Below, piece after piece: positions 30,446 through 39,496 of a stretch of DNA of 64,000 bases. A program made the position numbers and the translations under genes. Source of the stretch: an uncultured Acidobacteriota bacterium (GTDB lineage Bacteria; Acidobacteriota; UBA6911; RPQK01; JAPXNP01); contig CAVZRV010000007.1 of assembly GCA_963777605.1 (NCBI GenBank), positions 32,001 to 96,000 on the forward strand, given 5' to 3'. Below the pieces are notes generated by a model. That model did no database searches. It saw only the letters and a program-made list of their open reading frames with translations, and was not told the origin of the DNA. Numbering within the stretch: the first letter of the stretch is position 1; each line of letters opens with the position of its first letter.

Positions 30446-33400
30446 ATGGGTGAGCCGGCACCTATGTCCCGATTCTTCAAGGTCTCAATCTTCCTCTGCG
30501 GGTTTATGGCCGTGATCCTCATCGCCGCAGGAGCGTATCTTTCCAGCGACTCCTTTGACCGGCAGGTACGACAGAGGTTGACGGCATTTCTTGAGGACCG
30601 CTTCCAAACCAACGTCTCGTTCGGGAAGATCGATATCAGCCTCTGGCAAGGCCGGATTGAGCTCGATGATATCCGCCTCGAAGATAAGAACTATCCCGAC
30701 GACAAACCAGCTATCGCTGCACAGCGCGCTCTGGTGGACTTTTCCCTGTTCCGCTACTGGCTGACCGGCATCCACCTCGACGAAGTCAGACTTGACCGGC
30801 TCAGGCTAAACCTCAAACGGGACCCGAACGGTCGTCTCAATCTCGCCAACATGTTTGGCAGTCAAAACGCCACGCCGGACGACGGCAAGGGTTTTTCCCC
30901 CGTCAAGGTGGCGATATCGTCGGTCCGGCTGGATGACGCCCGAGTGACCTACGAAGACCAGCAGATTTCGTTCAGCAGCAGTTCGGAGGGATTCGAATTG
31001 GCTCTGTCGTACCTGCCCGATCCCCCGACCTACTCTGGAGACATCGATCTTCGCGGATTTTCATTTCTGGCAGACGATTACCCGATTCCAGTTACCGACT
31101 TCAGTTCTCATTTCGTCGTCCGGGACAACCTGATCCGGTTCGAACGGGCCAAACTCCAGTCGGAACAGCTCGTCGGTTCCATCGACGGAGCGATCCTCAA
31201 TTTCAAACCCTTTGAATATGCATTCTCGGTAAACCTTGTCGCCGATCTTCCCCGGTTTGACGAACCGGACCTGGCATCGGTCTTCGAACGCGGAAAAGTG
31301 CAACTGCAGGGGCAGCTCAAAGGAACGGGAAGCGACGTCGACTTCACGGGAGAACTCGGTTCGGAATTGCTCCAGATCAAGGGGATCCCGCTCAGCGACG
31401 TCAGCGGCTCGGTTCGTGCCGGCGGAGAGGGTGCGACGCTGACCGATGCGAACTTCTCCATCTTCGACGGATCGGGGAACCTCGACGCAGAAATCTACTG
31501 GTCGGCAGATAAACGGAGTTCGGCCCAGGTCACGGCGACAGGCATGCGCCTGGCACCGGTCCTGGCACTCTTCGAAAGCGGAGACCTTCCGGTGCGCGCG
31601 GTAAACCGGATTCAGGCGGACGTAAGTTGGCCGGGAGTACTTTTCACTGAAATCTCCGGCCCGGCGGAGTTGGGCTTTTCGGGAAGGCTCACCCAGGGGG
31701 CCTCCCCGGAAGCGACGGATCTCCCCTTTACAGGCGCGACCCACGTCGAACTGTCGAGAGACGGCGTCGCCTTTGACAACGGGACTGCCACGACCCACTT
31801 GACCGACGTGGCATTCAGCGGGAAGCTCTCCTTCCAGGGTGACCTCGAGCTCTCAGCCGAAGTTGACTCCGGTTCGGGTCGGGAAGGATGGTCGATTGCC
31901 GATCGGTTCGGAGCCCTGCCGGCCGACCTGCTTGCCAGGTACCCGCTTGAACCGGACGGGAGTATCCGGGGGCATGTCGATCTGTTGCGCCCTTCCGGGG
32001 GAACGACCACACTCACGGCCACGCTTGCGGCCGACTCGATCCGGTACCGAGGCGTGCCGCTCGGCACCACGCAGGCCCAGGTGGTCTTGACCGAAAACAG
32101 CTTCCAGGTCCGTCAGCTTGAGCTGAAACAGGGGGCCTGGGAACTTTCCGGAGACCTGGATTTCAGTCGTGAACCATTCCAGTTGGAGGCGGTTTCTGCG
32201 CAGGCGGAGAAATTTCCGGTCCACCTGCTGAGCGAAGTCGGACTGATCCCGGGGGATGTCGACTTCAAGGGGCTCGTCTCCGGGTCGGCGCGCCTGGCAC
32301 TGGGTGGCTCCGACGGCTATTCCGGCCGCGCCCGGGTCAGCCTCACCGATGCAGTGGCCTTCGGAGAGAGCCTGTCTATGGTGTCCGCTCAAATCCAGGC
32401 CGCCGGAAAGACGTTCCGAGCGACAGACATCTCCGCCCGGATTTGGGGAACCGAGCTGACCGGGCAAGCGTCGGTCGATCTGGAAGACCAGTCCTTCCAG
32501 TTTCGTGTTTCCGGTTCGGGTCTGGAAGTCGGACAGATCAGTGCAGTCCCGGCCAACCTCTCGGCCGACGGAACCTTTCAGATTCAGCTGCAGGGCTCCG
32601 GAACGCTGGACAACCCCAAGATCGACCTGTCTCTCCGTTCCGAGGCGATTACAGTCGCGGCAGAACCGTTCAACACAGTTGTCCTTCAGGCTCACTACGA
32701 TCCGGAATCGGCCGACCTGAAGGGATCGGCCCGCTACCTGGGCCAGAACCTGCGCCTTCAGGCCTCACTCGACCCGGCAACTCGGGATCACTTCACGGCG
32801 GCCCTCGACTTTCCGGAGATCGATTTGGCTCCACTTTTCGATCACTTCCTCGGGGGGACTCTAACCGACTTCCGGGGACAACTCGCAGGCAACGTCCAGG
32901 CAGAGGGGAACCTGTCCGACCTGAAGAACGCCTCGGTGAACGGCGAGTTTACTTCTCTCCAACTTTCGGCGAGCGACTACCAGGTCAAATCCCCCGCACC
33001 GTGGAAGCTCCGTTTCAAGGAGCAGCGACTGATTCTCGAGAACGGCAAGCTGAGCGGGCCGGACACCAACCTGAACCTGGGCGGATTCGTCGATCTCGGC
33101 GAATCGCAGCTCAATCTCAAGATCACCGGAACGGCCGACCTGAAGGCGGCAAACGCGTTCCTGAAGGATGGAAGAACGGCCGGAGAGGTTTCCCTTGAAA
33201 TCGACGTCGGGGGGGCGCTGAATAGCCCTCGACTCGTGGGCACGGCCGATCTTTCGCAGGTGGCTCTCACCTATCCGGGCCTGCCGACTTCGATTCGCGA
33301 CGGAAAGGGCCAGATCCGCTTCACGTCGAGCCAGATCTCGATCGAGTCGTTTTCCGCCCAGACCCGGTTTGGCTCGGTCGAAGTCAACGGAGGGCTCTTC

Positions 33401-34405
33401 GTTGATGGCCTGGTTCCCACTCGCTGGCAGATCAACATTTCCGGGTACGGGCTGGTGTTGGAGTACCCGGAAGGCTTCAACACGATCCTCGACGGCGATG
33501 TCGACTATCTGAAGGGCGAAGATTCCGAGTTGCTCTCGGGAGCGATCTACGTCCGATCCTCCGAGTACACCAAAGATATTTCGGTGGCCGAACTCATCCT
33601 CTCGCTGAACGAGCCGAACGGTAACGGCTCACCAGCCGGATCGAGCAAGTCAAACATCGCGCTCGACCTCACCGTGGAGGCCTACCACAGCCTGCGCATC
33701 AACAACAACCTTGCCGAAGTCGTTGCCAGTGCCGACTTATCGATTGTGGGCACTACAGCCAATCCGGTGATCCTGGGCAGCCTTACGGTAGATGATGGAA
33801 AACTGAACCTGGAAGGCAATGAATACGAGTTCACTCGAGGCACCGTGAACTTCAGTAATCCCAGGAAGACGACACCCTACTTGAACCTGGAACTGGAAAC
33901 CCAGGTGCGAGAGTACAACATCGGAATTGTCATGCGCGGCTCGATCGACCAGTTCCAGCTGTCGCTCAGATCGGAACCGCCCCTGTCGACAGCCAGTATT
34001 GTCTCGCTTCTCGCCGCCGGGCAGACCGAAGAAGAAATCTTCGGCGTAGAGCCCGGGTCCCAGTCCAAATCGTCTGCGCTGGCGGCATATGGCGCCGGCG
34101 CGCTGCTCGGAAAGACTCTCGGAACAGCAGTGGGAGGACAAGCCAGCCGACTATTCGGAATTGACCGGTTCTCCATCGACCCGTTCATCAGCGACTCCCG
34201 CAGTCGAGACCCGGGAGCGCGGATCACGCTGGGCAAGCAGATCACCAAGGATTTCAATGTCTCCTATATCTCAAGTCTCGCCAACAGCTTTCAGGAGCAG
34301 ACTGTCATCATTCAATACCGCCTGACCGACTGGGTCACCGCCGTTGGAACGAGCCAGACTGACGGGACAGTCGCCGTCGATTTCAAGTTCAGGAAACGAT
34401 TTTAA
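30446..34405 (+). CDS. tamB: Translocation and assembly module TamB (AsmA-like)
   Basis: N-terminal TM anchor, long beta-rich body, C-terminal DUF490-like region (LRSEPPL, ITLGKQIT). Confidence 0.88.
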   Translation: MGEPAPMSRFFKVSIFLCGFMAVILIAAGAYLSSDSFDRQVRQRLTAFLEDRFQTNVSFGKIDISLWQGRIELDDIRLEDKNYPDDKPAIAAQRALVDFSLFRYWLTGIHLDEVRLDRLRLNLKRDPNGRLNLANMFGSQNATPDDGKGFSPVKVAISSVRLDDARVTYEDQQISFSSSSEGFELALSYLPDPPTYSGDIDLRGFSFLADDYPIPVTDFSSHFVVRDNLIRFERAKLQSEQLVGSIDGAILNFKPFEYAFSVNLVADLPRFDEPDLASVFERGKVQLQGQLKGTGSDVDFTGELGSELLQIKGIPLSDVSGSVRAGGEGATLTDANFSIFDGSGNLDAEIYWSADKRSSAQVTATGMRLAPVLALFESGDLPVRAVNRIQADVSWPGVLFTEISGPAELGFSGRLTQGASPEATDLPFTGATHVELSRDGVAFDNGTATTHLTDVAFSGKLSFQGDLELSAEVDSGSGREGWSIADRFGALPADLLARYPLEPDGSIRGHVDLLRPSGGTTTLTATLAADSIRYRGVPLGTTQAQVVLTENSFQVRQLELKQGAWELSGDLDFSREPFQLEAVSAQAEKFPVHLLSEVGLIPGDVDFKGLVSGSARLALGGSDGYSGRARVSLTDAVAFGESLSMVSAQIQAAGKTFRATDISARIWGTELTGQASVDLEDQSFQFRVSGSGLEVGQISAVPANLSADGTFQIQLQGSGTLDNPKIDLSLRSEAITVAAEPFNTVVLQAHYDPESADLKGSARYLGQNLRLQASLDPATRDHFTAALDFPEIDLAPLFDHFLGGTLTDFRGQLAGNVQAEGNLSDLKNASVNGEFTSLQLSASDYQVKSPAPWKLRFKEQRLILENGKLSGPDTNLNLGGFVDLGESQLNLKITGTADLKAANAFLKDGRTAGEVSLEIDVGGALNSPRLVGTADLSQVALTYPGLPTSIRDGKGQIRFTSSQISIESFSAQTRFGSVEVNGGLFVDGLVPTRWQINISGYGLVLEYPEGFNTILDGDVDYLKGEDSELLSGAIYVRSSEYTKDISVAELILSLNEPNGNGSPAGSSKSNIALDLTVEAYHSLRINNNLAEVVASADLSIVGTTANPVILGSLTVDDGKLNLEGNEYEFTRGTVNFSNPRKTTPYLNLELETQVREYNIGIVMRGSIDQFQLSLRSEPPLSTASIVSLLAAGQTEEEIFGVEPGSQSKSSALAAYGAGALLGKTLGTAVGGQASRLFGIDRFSIDPFISDSRSRDPGARITLGKQITKDFNVSYISSLANSFQEQTVIIQYRLTDWVTAVGTSQTDGTVAVDFKFRKRF

Positions 34406-34406
34406 C

Positions 34407-37322
34407 GTGGTCCAAACGGCGAGCGAGTCCCCTGACCTCGATCTCAGATTCCCGGAGCGCTTCGCCTCCTGCGGAAGACTGATCCGCACCCTCCTGCTCC
34501 TGCAACTGTTTGCCTTTCCCGTGCTGGCCGCACGTCCGGATTACCGCGGCCTGGAGATTGCCGGCTTGAGCTACGTGGCCGACGGTCCGGTCCTGAAGCT
34601 CTCCCTGGATGATCTGAACAAGCTGATCGCCCTGCGGCCCGGCGAGCCTTTTCTGGAAACCAACGCTCACCGGACCGTCACCGGATTACTGGCGACGGAG
34701 CTGTTCTGGGATGTCCAGGTCACAGTCGAACCGGCCCCGGAAGGGAAAGTCAGCGTCGTCATTCGCCTAATTCGGCGGTACACGGTCGGGCGAATCCAAT
34801 TCGAGGGGGAAACGCGGCTTTCCTCGAGCGGACTGCGCCGCGAGTTGGCGTTTCGCGAGGCGGAACCCTACACTGATTCGGGGCTGGAAGAAACCGTGAC
34901 CCGGCTCAAGAGCCGCTACCGGAACGAGGGCTACTATCAGCCTCGGATCGACCCGCAATTTGAACGTGATGTCGAGAACGCGAGGGTTTTTGTAACCTTT
35001 CAAATCAAGGCCGGAGAGCAGGCCGTGCTGCGCAGCCTCCAGCTTGAGACCGAAGGAGGGATCGATCACTCTGCAGTTTTCCAACTGCTGAGTTTGGCCG
35101 AGGGAGAGCGCTTTTCCCAGCAAAATCTCGATGCCGACATTGAGAAGATACGGCACTGGCTTTCACTCAGGGGGTACTTTCACCCCGAGATTTATGCCGT
35201 CAACGGGCTCCAGTATGACGATTCGGCCAACCGCGTCGACCTCCAGCTGCGCGTGGTCCCTCGCCGACAAACTGTGGTTGAGTTCCACGGCATCTCGTTG
35301 ACGGACGATCAACTCGACGACCTCCCGCTCTACAGCCAGTCGGCGCTCCAACGGATTCCCGTCGATGAGACGGTCTCCCAACTGAGAGTAGGGTTCCAGC
35401 AGGAAGGGTACTTCCAGGCGCGTGTCGACGCCAAGGAGGAAGGGGACGAGTTTCCGCCCGAAAAGATCGTCTTCACGATCGATCGTGGTCGAAAATATGA
35501 TCTGGCAGCGATCCGTTTCACAGGAAACCAGGCGATTTCCTCCGAGCGGCTTCACCGGGTCCTGACCACCACCGAGGCCGGCCTGATCGAGCGGGGACAT
35601 TTGACCGACAAGACGATCGCCAGCGACATCGACAATATCCAGTTTCTCTACACTCAGAACGGGTACCTCGACGCTTCGATCGAAACCCGGTTCAGCGAAG
35701 ACGATGAGAACCTCACCCTCGAGTACCACATTACTGAGGGCTCCCATCGCACCATTGGGAAACTCGAACTCGCAGGCAACAACAAGCTCTCCGACAAGAT
35801 CCTGCTTCGAGACACGATACTCCGGGCGGGAGAACCCTTTTCCCCCTATGCCCTGGCATCGGATCGCTCGATCATTCTCTCGGCCTATGAGAACCGCGGC
35901 TATCGGAATGCAACTCTGGATTCGGCTGTGGTCGAAAACCCCGACGCGACCGTCGACATCAAGTACCAGATCTCGGAAGGGGACCAGTACTTCGTTAAGT
36001 CGATTCTGGTCGCCGGCAATCTCACCACGAATCGCAGCGTGATCACGAGGGAAGTCGAACTCAAGCCGGGGCAACCGCTCTCGCTCGAAGGCGCATTACG
36101 TTCCGAAACCAACCTGTACGAACTGGCTGTTTTCAACCGGGTGCGGGTCAGGGACCTGCAGGTAGACGATCAGGATCGTGAACAGCCCGTCCTCATCAAG
36201 GTGGACGAGGCCAAGCGTTACTATCTCACTTACGGATTTGGGTACAGTCACACCTTCGGAAGTACGGCGTCGGAAGGTGCCCGAGGGACTCTTGGCATCA
36301 CTGACAGTAACTTCCTGGGACGCGCGCGGACCCTTTCACTGAATGTTCGTGCCGGTTCGACCCGTCAGCGCGGAACTCTCTCCTATGCCCTCCCCCGCCT
36401 CTACAGTTACGAACTTCCAACCCTGTTCTCTTTCTCAATCGACAATGAGAATCGGATCGATACCCGCCAGGACAAGATCCTTGTCAGTGGACGTCCATAC
36501 GACGCCTTCCGCATAAGCGCCTCGTCTCAGGTCAGAAAGATCCTGAGCCGGCGCGAGAACTTGATTGGACGGTGGGATTTTGAACGGGTCAATCTGACAG
36601 TTCCGAATGATCCAAGTCTGCCGCCTGAGTTCTTTCGAGAGGAAGATAACCTGCTCCTGTCCAAGCTGAACTTGTCCTACCTGAATGATTCCCGCGATTC
36701 GGCGTTGAATCCGACACGCGGGTTCTTCCTGAACGGCGAGGCCGCAGTAGCCGCCAGGATGCTCGGCTCAGAACGCCAGTTCTTCAAACTGCTGACCCAG
36801 GGCCGCTACTACTTTCCACTTTTCAGCGACGTCACGCTGGTATCGGCACTGCGACTTGGGGCCATCGTTCCGGTCGGGTCTCCCCCACCTGGCGTGGAAA
36901 GAGAAGTCCCCATCAGCGAGCGATTCTTTGCCGGGGGGCCTGGCGCCCTGAGAGGGTTGCCGCTGGACCTTGCCGGCCCGCTGCTTCGCGACTCTCAAAC
37001 AGGCGAAGTCATCCTCGTCGGCCCCACCGACAAGCAGGTCCCCGTGGCACTGGGAGGGGATGCATTGATCGTGGGAAACCTGGAACTGAGGTTTCCCGTC
37101 TACGGGATCTTTTCGAGCGTCCTCTTTTACGACGTCGGGAACGTGTTTGAGAGCATTTGCACAATCCCAAAGGAGCAGTTCAGCAATGATTTTGGCATTG
37201 GCGTAGCGATACGGAGTCCTATCGGCCCCGTTCGAATCGACTTCGCCTACAACCCGTCACCCCCTGATCTACCAGGCTACCGGACATGGAATATCCATCT
37301 CAATATCGGGCACCCTTTCTAG
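34407..37322 (+). CDS. Omp85 (BamA/TamA family) outer-membrane protein with many POTRA domains
   Basis: Repeated POTRA motifs (Y...GY), ERFFAGG...LRG, FYDVGNVF, SPIGPVRIDFA, C-terminal Phe; start uncertain. Confidence 0.88.
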   Translation: MVQTASESPDLDLRFPERFASCGRLIRTLLLLQLFAFPVLAARPDYRGLEIAGLSYVADGPVLKLSLDDLNKLIALRPGEPFLETNAHRTVTGLLATELFWDVQVTVEPAPEGKVSVVIRLIRRYTVGRIQFEGETRLSSSGLRRELAFREAEPYTDSGLEETVTRLKSRYRNEGYYQPRIDPQFERDVENARVFVTFQIKAGEQAVLRSLQLETEGGIDHSAVFQLLSLAEGERFSQQNLDADIEKIRHWLSLRGYFHPEIYAVNGLQYDDSANRVDLQLRVVPRRQTVVEFHGISLTDDQLDDLPLYSQSALQRIPVDETVSQLRVGFQQEGYFQARVDAKEEGDEFPPEKIVFTIDRGRKYDLAAIRFTGNQAISSERLHRVLTTTEAGLIERGHLTDKTIASDIDNIQFLYTQNGYLDASIETRFSEDDENLTLEYHITEGSHRTIGKLELAGNNKLSDKILLRDTILRAGEPFSPYALASDRSIILSAYENRGYRNATLDSAVVENPDATVDIKYQISEGDQYFVKSILVAGNLTTNRSVITREVELKPGQPLSLEGALRSETNLYELAVFNRVRVRDLQVDDQDREQPVLIKVDEAKRYYLTYGFGYSHTFGSTASEGARGTLGITDSNFLGRARTLSLNVRAGSTRQRGTLSYALPRLYSYELPTLFSFSIDNENRIDTRQDKILVSGRPYDAFRISASSQVRKILSRRENLIGRWDFERVNLTVPNDPSLPPEFFREEDNLLLSKLNLSYLNDSRDSALNPTRGFFLNGEAAVAARMLGSERQFFKLLTQGRYYFPLFSDVTLVSALRLGAIVPVGSPPPGVEREVPISERFFAGGPGALRGLPLDLAGPLLRDSQTGEVILVGPTDKQVPVALGGDALIVGNLELRFPVYGIFSSVLFYDVGNVFESICTIPKEQFSNDFGIGVAIRSPIGPVRIDFAYNPSPPDLPGYRTWNIHLNIGHPF

Positions 37323-38044
37323 TCTGCGTTGTTCTTCTGCTTGTTGCGGTGGTCTCGCCGGCACGAGGTGAAATCGTCGATCGTGTGATCGCCGAAGTGG
37401 ACGCGCAGATCATAACCTTGACCGACCTCCACTGGTTCATTCGCTGGCGCAGCTTCCAGGTCCCGGAAACCGAACCGGAGCGGGACTCTTTCCTCAGGGA
37501 GATCCTCTCCCAGTTGATCAATCAGCGACTCGTAGTCAAAGAAAGTGGTAAGACGCCATTTGCCGCAGCCTCCCAGGCCGAGGTCGACGAGTTCTTCAGC
37601 CGGTATCTACAGCAGTTTCCCACGCAGCAGGACTTCCAGTCTCGTCTCAAAGAACTGGGAATGAGCGAATCAGACGTGCGCACGATCATTCGCCGGCAGA
37701 TCGCGGTGAACAAGTTCATCCAGTATCGCTTCGAACCGTTCGTGATCGTGCTTCCGGACGACATCCAGGAGTACTACAACAAGGAATTCGTTCCTGAACT
37801 CGAACAAGAAGGAAATCCGATCCCGCCACTCTCGCTGGTCCAGGAGACGATCCGGCAAATCCTGTCCGTGCGGAGAACCAACGATCGGCTGGAAACCTGG
37901 CTCCAGGGTGCCCGCTCCAGAGCTCAGATTCGAGACATGCTCTTCCGCAAACCGCTCGACATGCCCAATCTTCCATCCCAGTTTCGGGACCAGATAGAGA
38001 TGACCGACGAACCGTTCACCAAGCCTCCTTCGCCGAATCGATAA
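37286..38044 (+). CDS. SurA N-terminal-domain chaperone (no parvulin domain)
   Basis: Signal peptide, EIVDRVIAEVDAQIIT, LSQLINQRL, DIQEYY; start uncertain. Confidence 0.75.
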   Translation: MEYPSQYRAPFLVCVVLLLVAVVSPARGEIVDRVIAEVDAQIITLTDLHWFIRWRSFQVPETEPERDSFLREILSQLINQRLVVKESGKTPFAAASQAEVDEFFSRYLQQFPTQQDFQSRLKELGMSESDVRTIIRRQIAVNKFIQYRFEPFVIVLPDDIQEYYNKEFVPELEQEGNPIPPLSLVQETIRQILSVRRTNDRLETWLQGARSRAQIRDMLFRKPLDMPNLPSQFRDQIEMTDEPFTKPPSPNR

Positions 38045-38468
38045 TCAGAGTCACCGGCCCGTCGTTTACGAGTTCAACCTTCATCATGGTTTGGAATCGA
38101 CCTGTCGCGACATCAATCCCTTCGGCAGCGATTTCCCGCGCCAGTGCCTCGTACAGTACTTCAGCCAGGTCGGGCCCGGCGGAACGGGAATAGCTTGGGC
38201 GGTTCCCCTTTCGGCAGTCCCCGTACAAGGTGAACTGGGAAACCAGCAGAATCGCCCCGCCCGCCTCCTTGACCGAAAGGTTCATCTTTCCGGATGAGTC
38301 GTTGAAGACTCGGAGGTTCACGACCTTCTTCTTCATGAACGCAAGGTCACCAGGTCCGTCGTCGGAATGGACAGCGACCAGGACGACCAACCCCTTTCCG
38401 ATTGATCCCACCGTTTCTCCCGCCACTGTGACCCGGGCTCGATCGACCCGCTGCACGACCGCTCTCAT
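38016..38468 (-). CDS. dtd: D-aminoacyl-tRNA deacylase
   Basis: MRAVVQRV, VSQFTL.GD..KGNRPS, NDGPVT. Confidence 0.96.
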   Translation of the reverse strand: MRAVVQRVDRARVTVAGETVGSIGKGLVVLVAVHSDDGPGDLAFMKKKVVNLRVFNDSSGKMNLSVKEAGGAILLVSQFTLYGDCRKGNRPSYSRSAGPDLAEVLYEALAREIAAEGIDVATGRFQTMMKVELVNDGPVTLIIDSAKEAW

Positions 38469-38496
38469 GACCTCTCCAGGATCCCGTCGTCTCTTC

Positions 38497-38549
38497 TTCA
38501 CCTTATCTTCACTTTTCCCCTTGACATTTCACCTTTATTTCACCATCAT
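38497..38549 (+). promoter_or_regulatory. lexA promoter (TTGACA-N17-CATCAT) with two TTCAC-N6-TTCAC boxes, candidate SOS operators
   Basis: TTCAC at 38497/38508 and 38528/38539 (11-bp period); -35 at 38521-38526, -10 at 38544-38549. Confidence 0.7.
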
Positions 38550-38575
38550 AAGGCCCAATAAAGGATTCACTCATT

Positions 38576-39175
38576 ATGCCACTCACGAAAAGACAGAAAG
38601 AGATCCTGGGTTTCATCGAGGATTACCTCCAGAACTACGGGTACTCTCCGACTCTTGATGAGATCGGCCACAACTTCCAGATCGCTTCCTTGAATGCCGT
38701 CTACAAACATCTTCGTGTACTCGAGGAACGTGGATTCATCCGCCGCCGCACGAATCAGGCGCGATCCATACAGTTGGTCCAGCAGGAACTTGGGGAGCAG
38801 CGCCACGTTCCGCTGCTCGGCAAGATTGCAGCCGGCTATCCCATCGAAGCGATCGCCTCACCCGATGAGATCCTCGTGCCGGAGGCCCTATTGACAGGTG
38901 ACCGGAACTACGTGCTGCAGGTCGAGGGCGACTCCATGATTGACGAGCACATCCAGGATGGCGATTTGATCATCGTGGAGCAGCGCGATCGGGCGAAGGA
39001 TGGAGAGACTGTCGTTGCCCTGATCGACGGCGACCGCGCCACTTTGAAGAAACTCTACAGGGAGGGCGACAGCGTGCGATTGCAGCCCGCCAACCCTTCA
39101 CTCGACCCCATTTTCGTCGCCCCCGATCGACTCCAGATCCAGGGCGTCGTCGTCGGACTGATGCGGAAATACTGA
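38576..39175 (+). CDS. lexA: SOS repressor LexA
   Basis: LTKRQKEIL..GYSPT..EI wHTH; Ala-Gly cleavage site IAAG; GDSM Ser; TLKK Lys. Confidence 0.97.
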   Translation: MPLTKRQKEILGFIEDYLQNYGYSPTLDEIGHNFQIASLNAVYKHLRVLEERGFIRRRTNQARSIQLVQQELGEQRHVPLLGKIAAGYPIEAIASPDEILVPEALLTGDRNYVLQVEGDSMIDEHIQDGDLIIVEQRDRAKDGETVVALIDGDRATLKKLYREGDSVRLQPANPSLDPIFVAPDRLQIQGVVVGLMRKY

Positions 39176-39179
39176 GGAG

Positions 39180-39356
39180 ATGAAAACGATGCAGTATCAG
39201 ATAAGAGTTGCCGGAAAAGTCTTTGAAGGAACGGATCACCGAAATCTGCTGAAGCGGGCAGTCGAAGCCAAGAAGCAGGCGATGCGCAATGCGGCGTACA
39301 ACGTTCAGTACCGCTCGCTGCTCAAAACATCGACCGAGGCAACTGCCGGAGCCTGA
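39180..39356 (+). CDS. Small basic hypothetical protein (58 aa) coupled to lexA
   Basis: Below the ORF-track cutoff. GAGGAG overlaps the lexA stop; MKTMQYQIRVAGKVFEGTDHRNLLKRAVEAKKQAMRNAAYNVQYRSLLKTSTEATAGA (alternative start at the second Met). Confidence 0.6.
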   Translation: MKTMQYQIRVAGKVFEGTDHRNLLKRAVEAKKQAMRNAAYNVQYRSLLKTSTEATAGA

Positions 39357-39367
39357 AGCACAGAATC

Positions 39368-39447
39368 TGTGCAATTCGCAGCGGACCGAGGCCCGGCGGG
39401 CCCTTGGATAACTTTTCCACGGCGTTATTCACAACAGCGGTGGAAAC
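39368..39447. promoter_or_regulatory. Cluster of DnaA-box-like 9-mers between convergent genes
   Basis: Versus TTWTNCACA: TTATTCACA 39425 (9/9), TTTTCCACG 39413 (8/9), and on the reverse strand TTATCCAAG 39403, GTTTCCACC 39439, AATTGCACA 39368 (7/9 each). Confidence 0.5.
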
Positions 39448-39496
39448 TCCAAAGGCCTTTCCGAAGCCCCCGAATTTGAACTCTAAAACGCTGATT

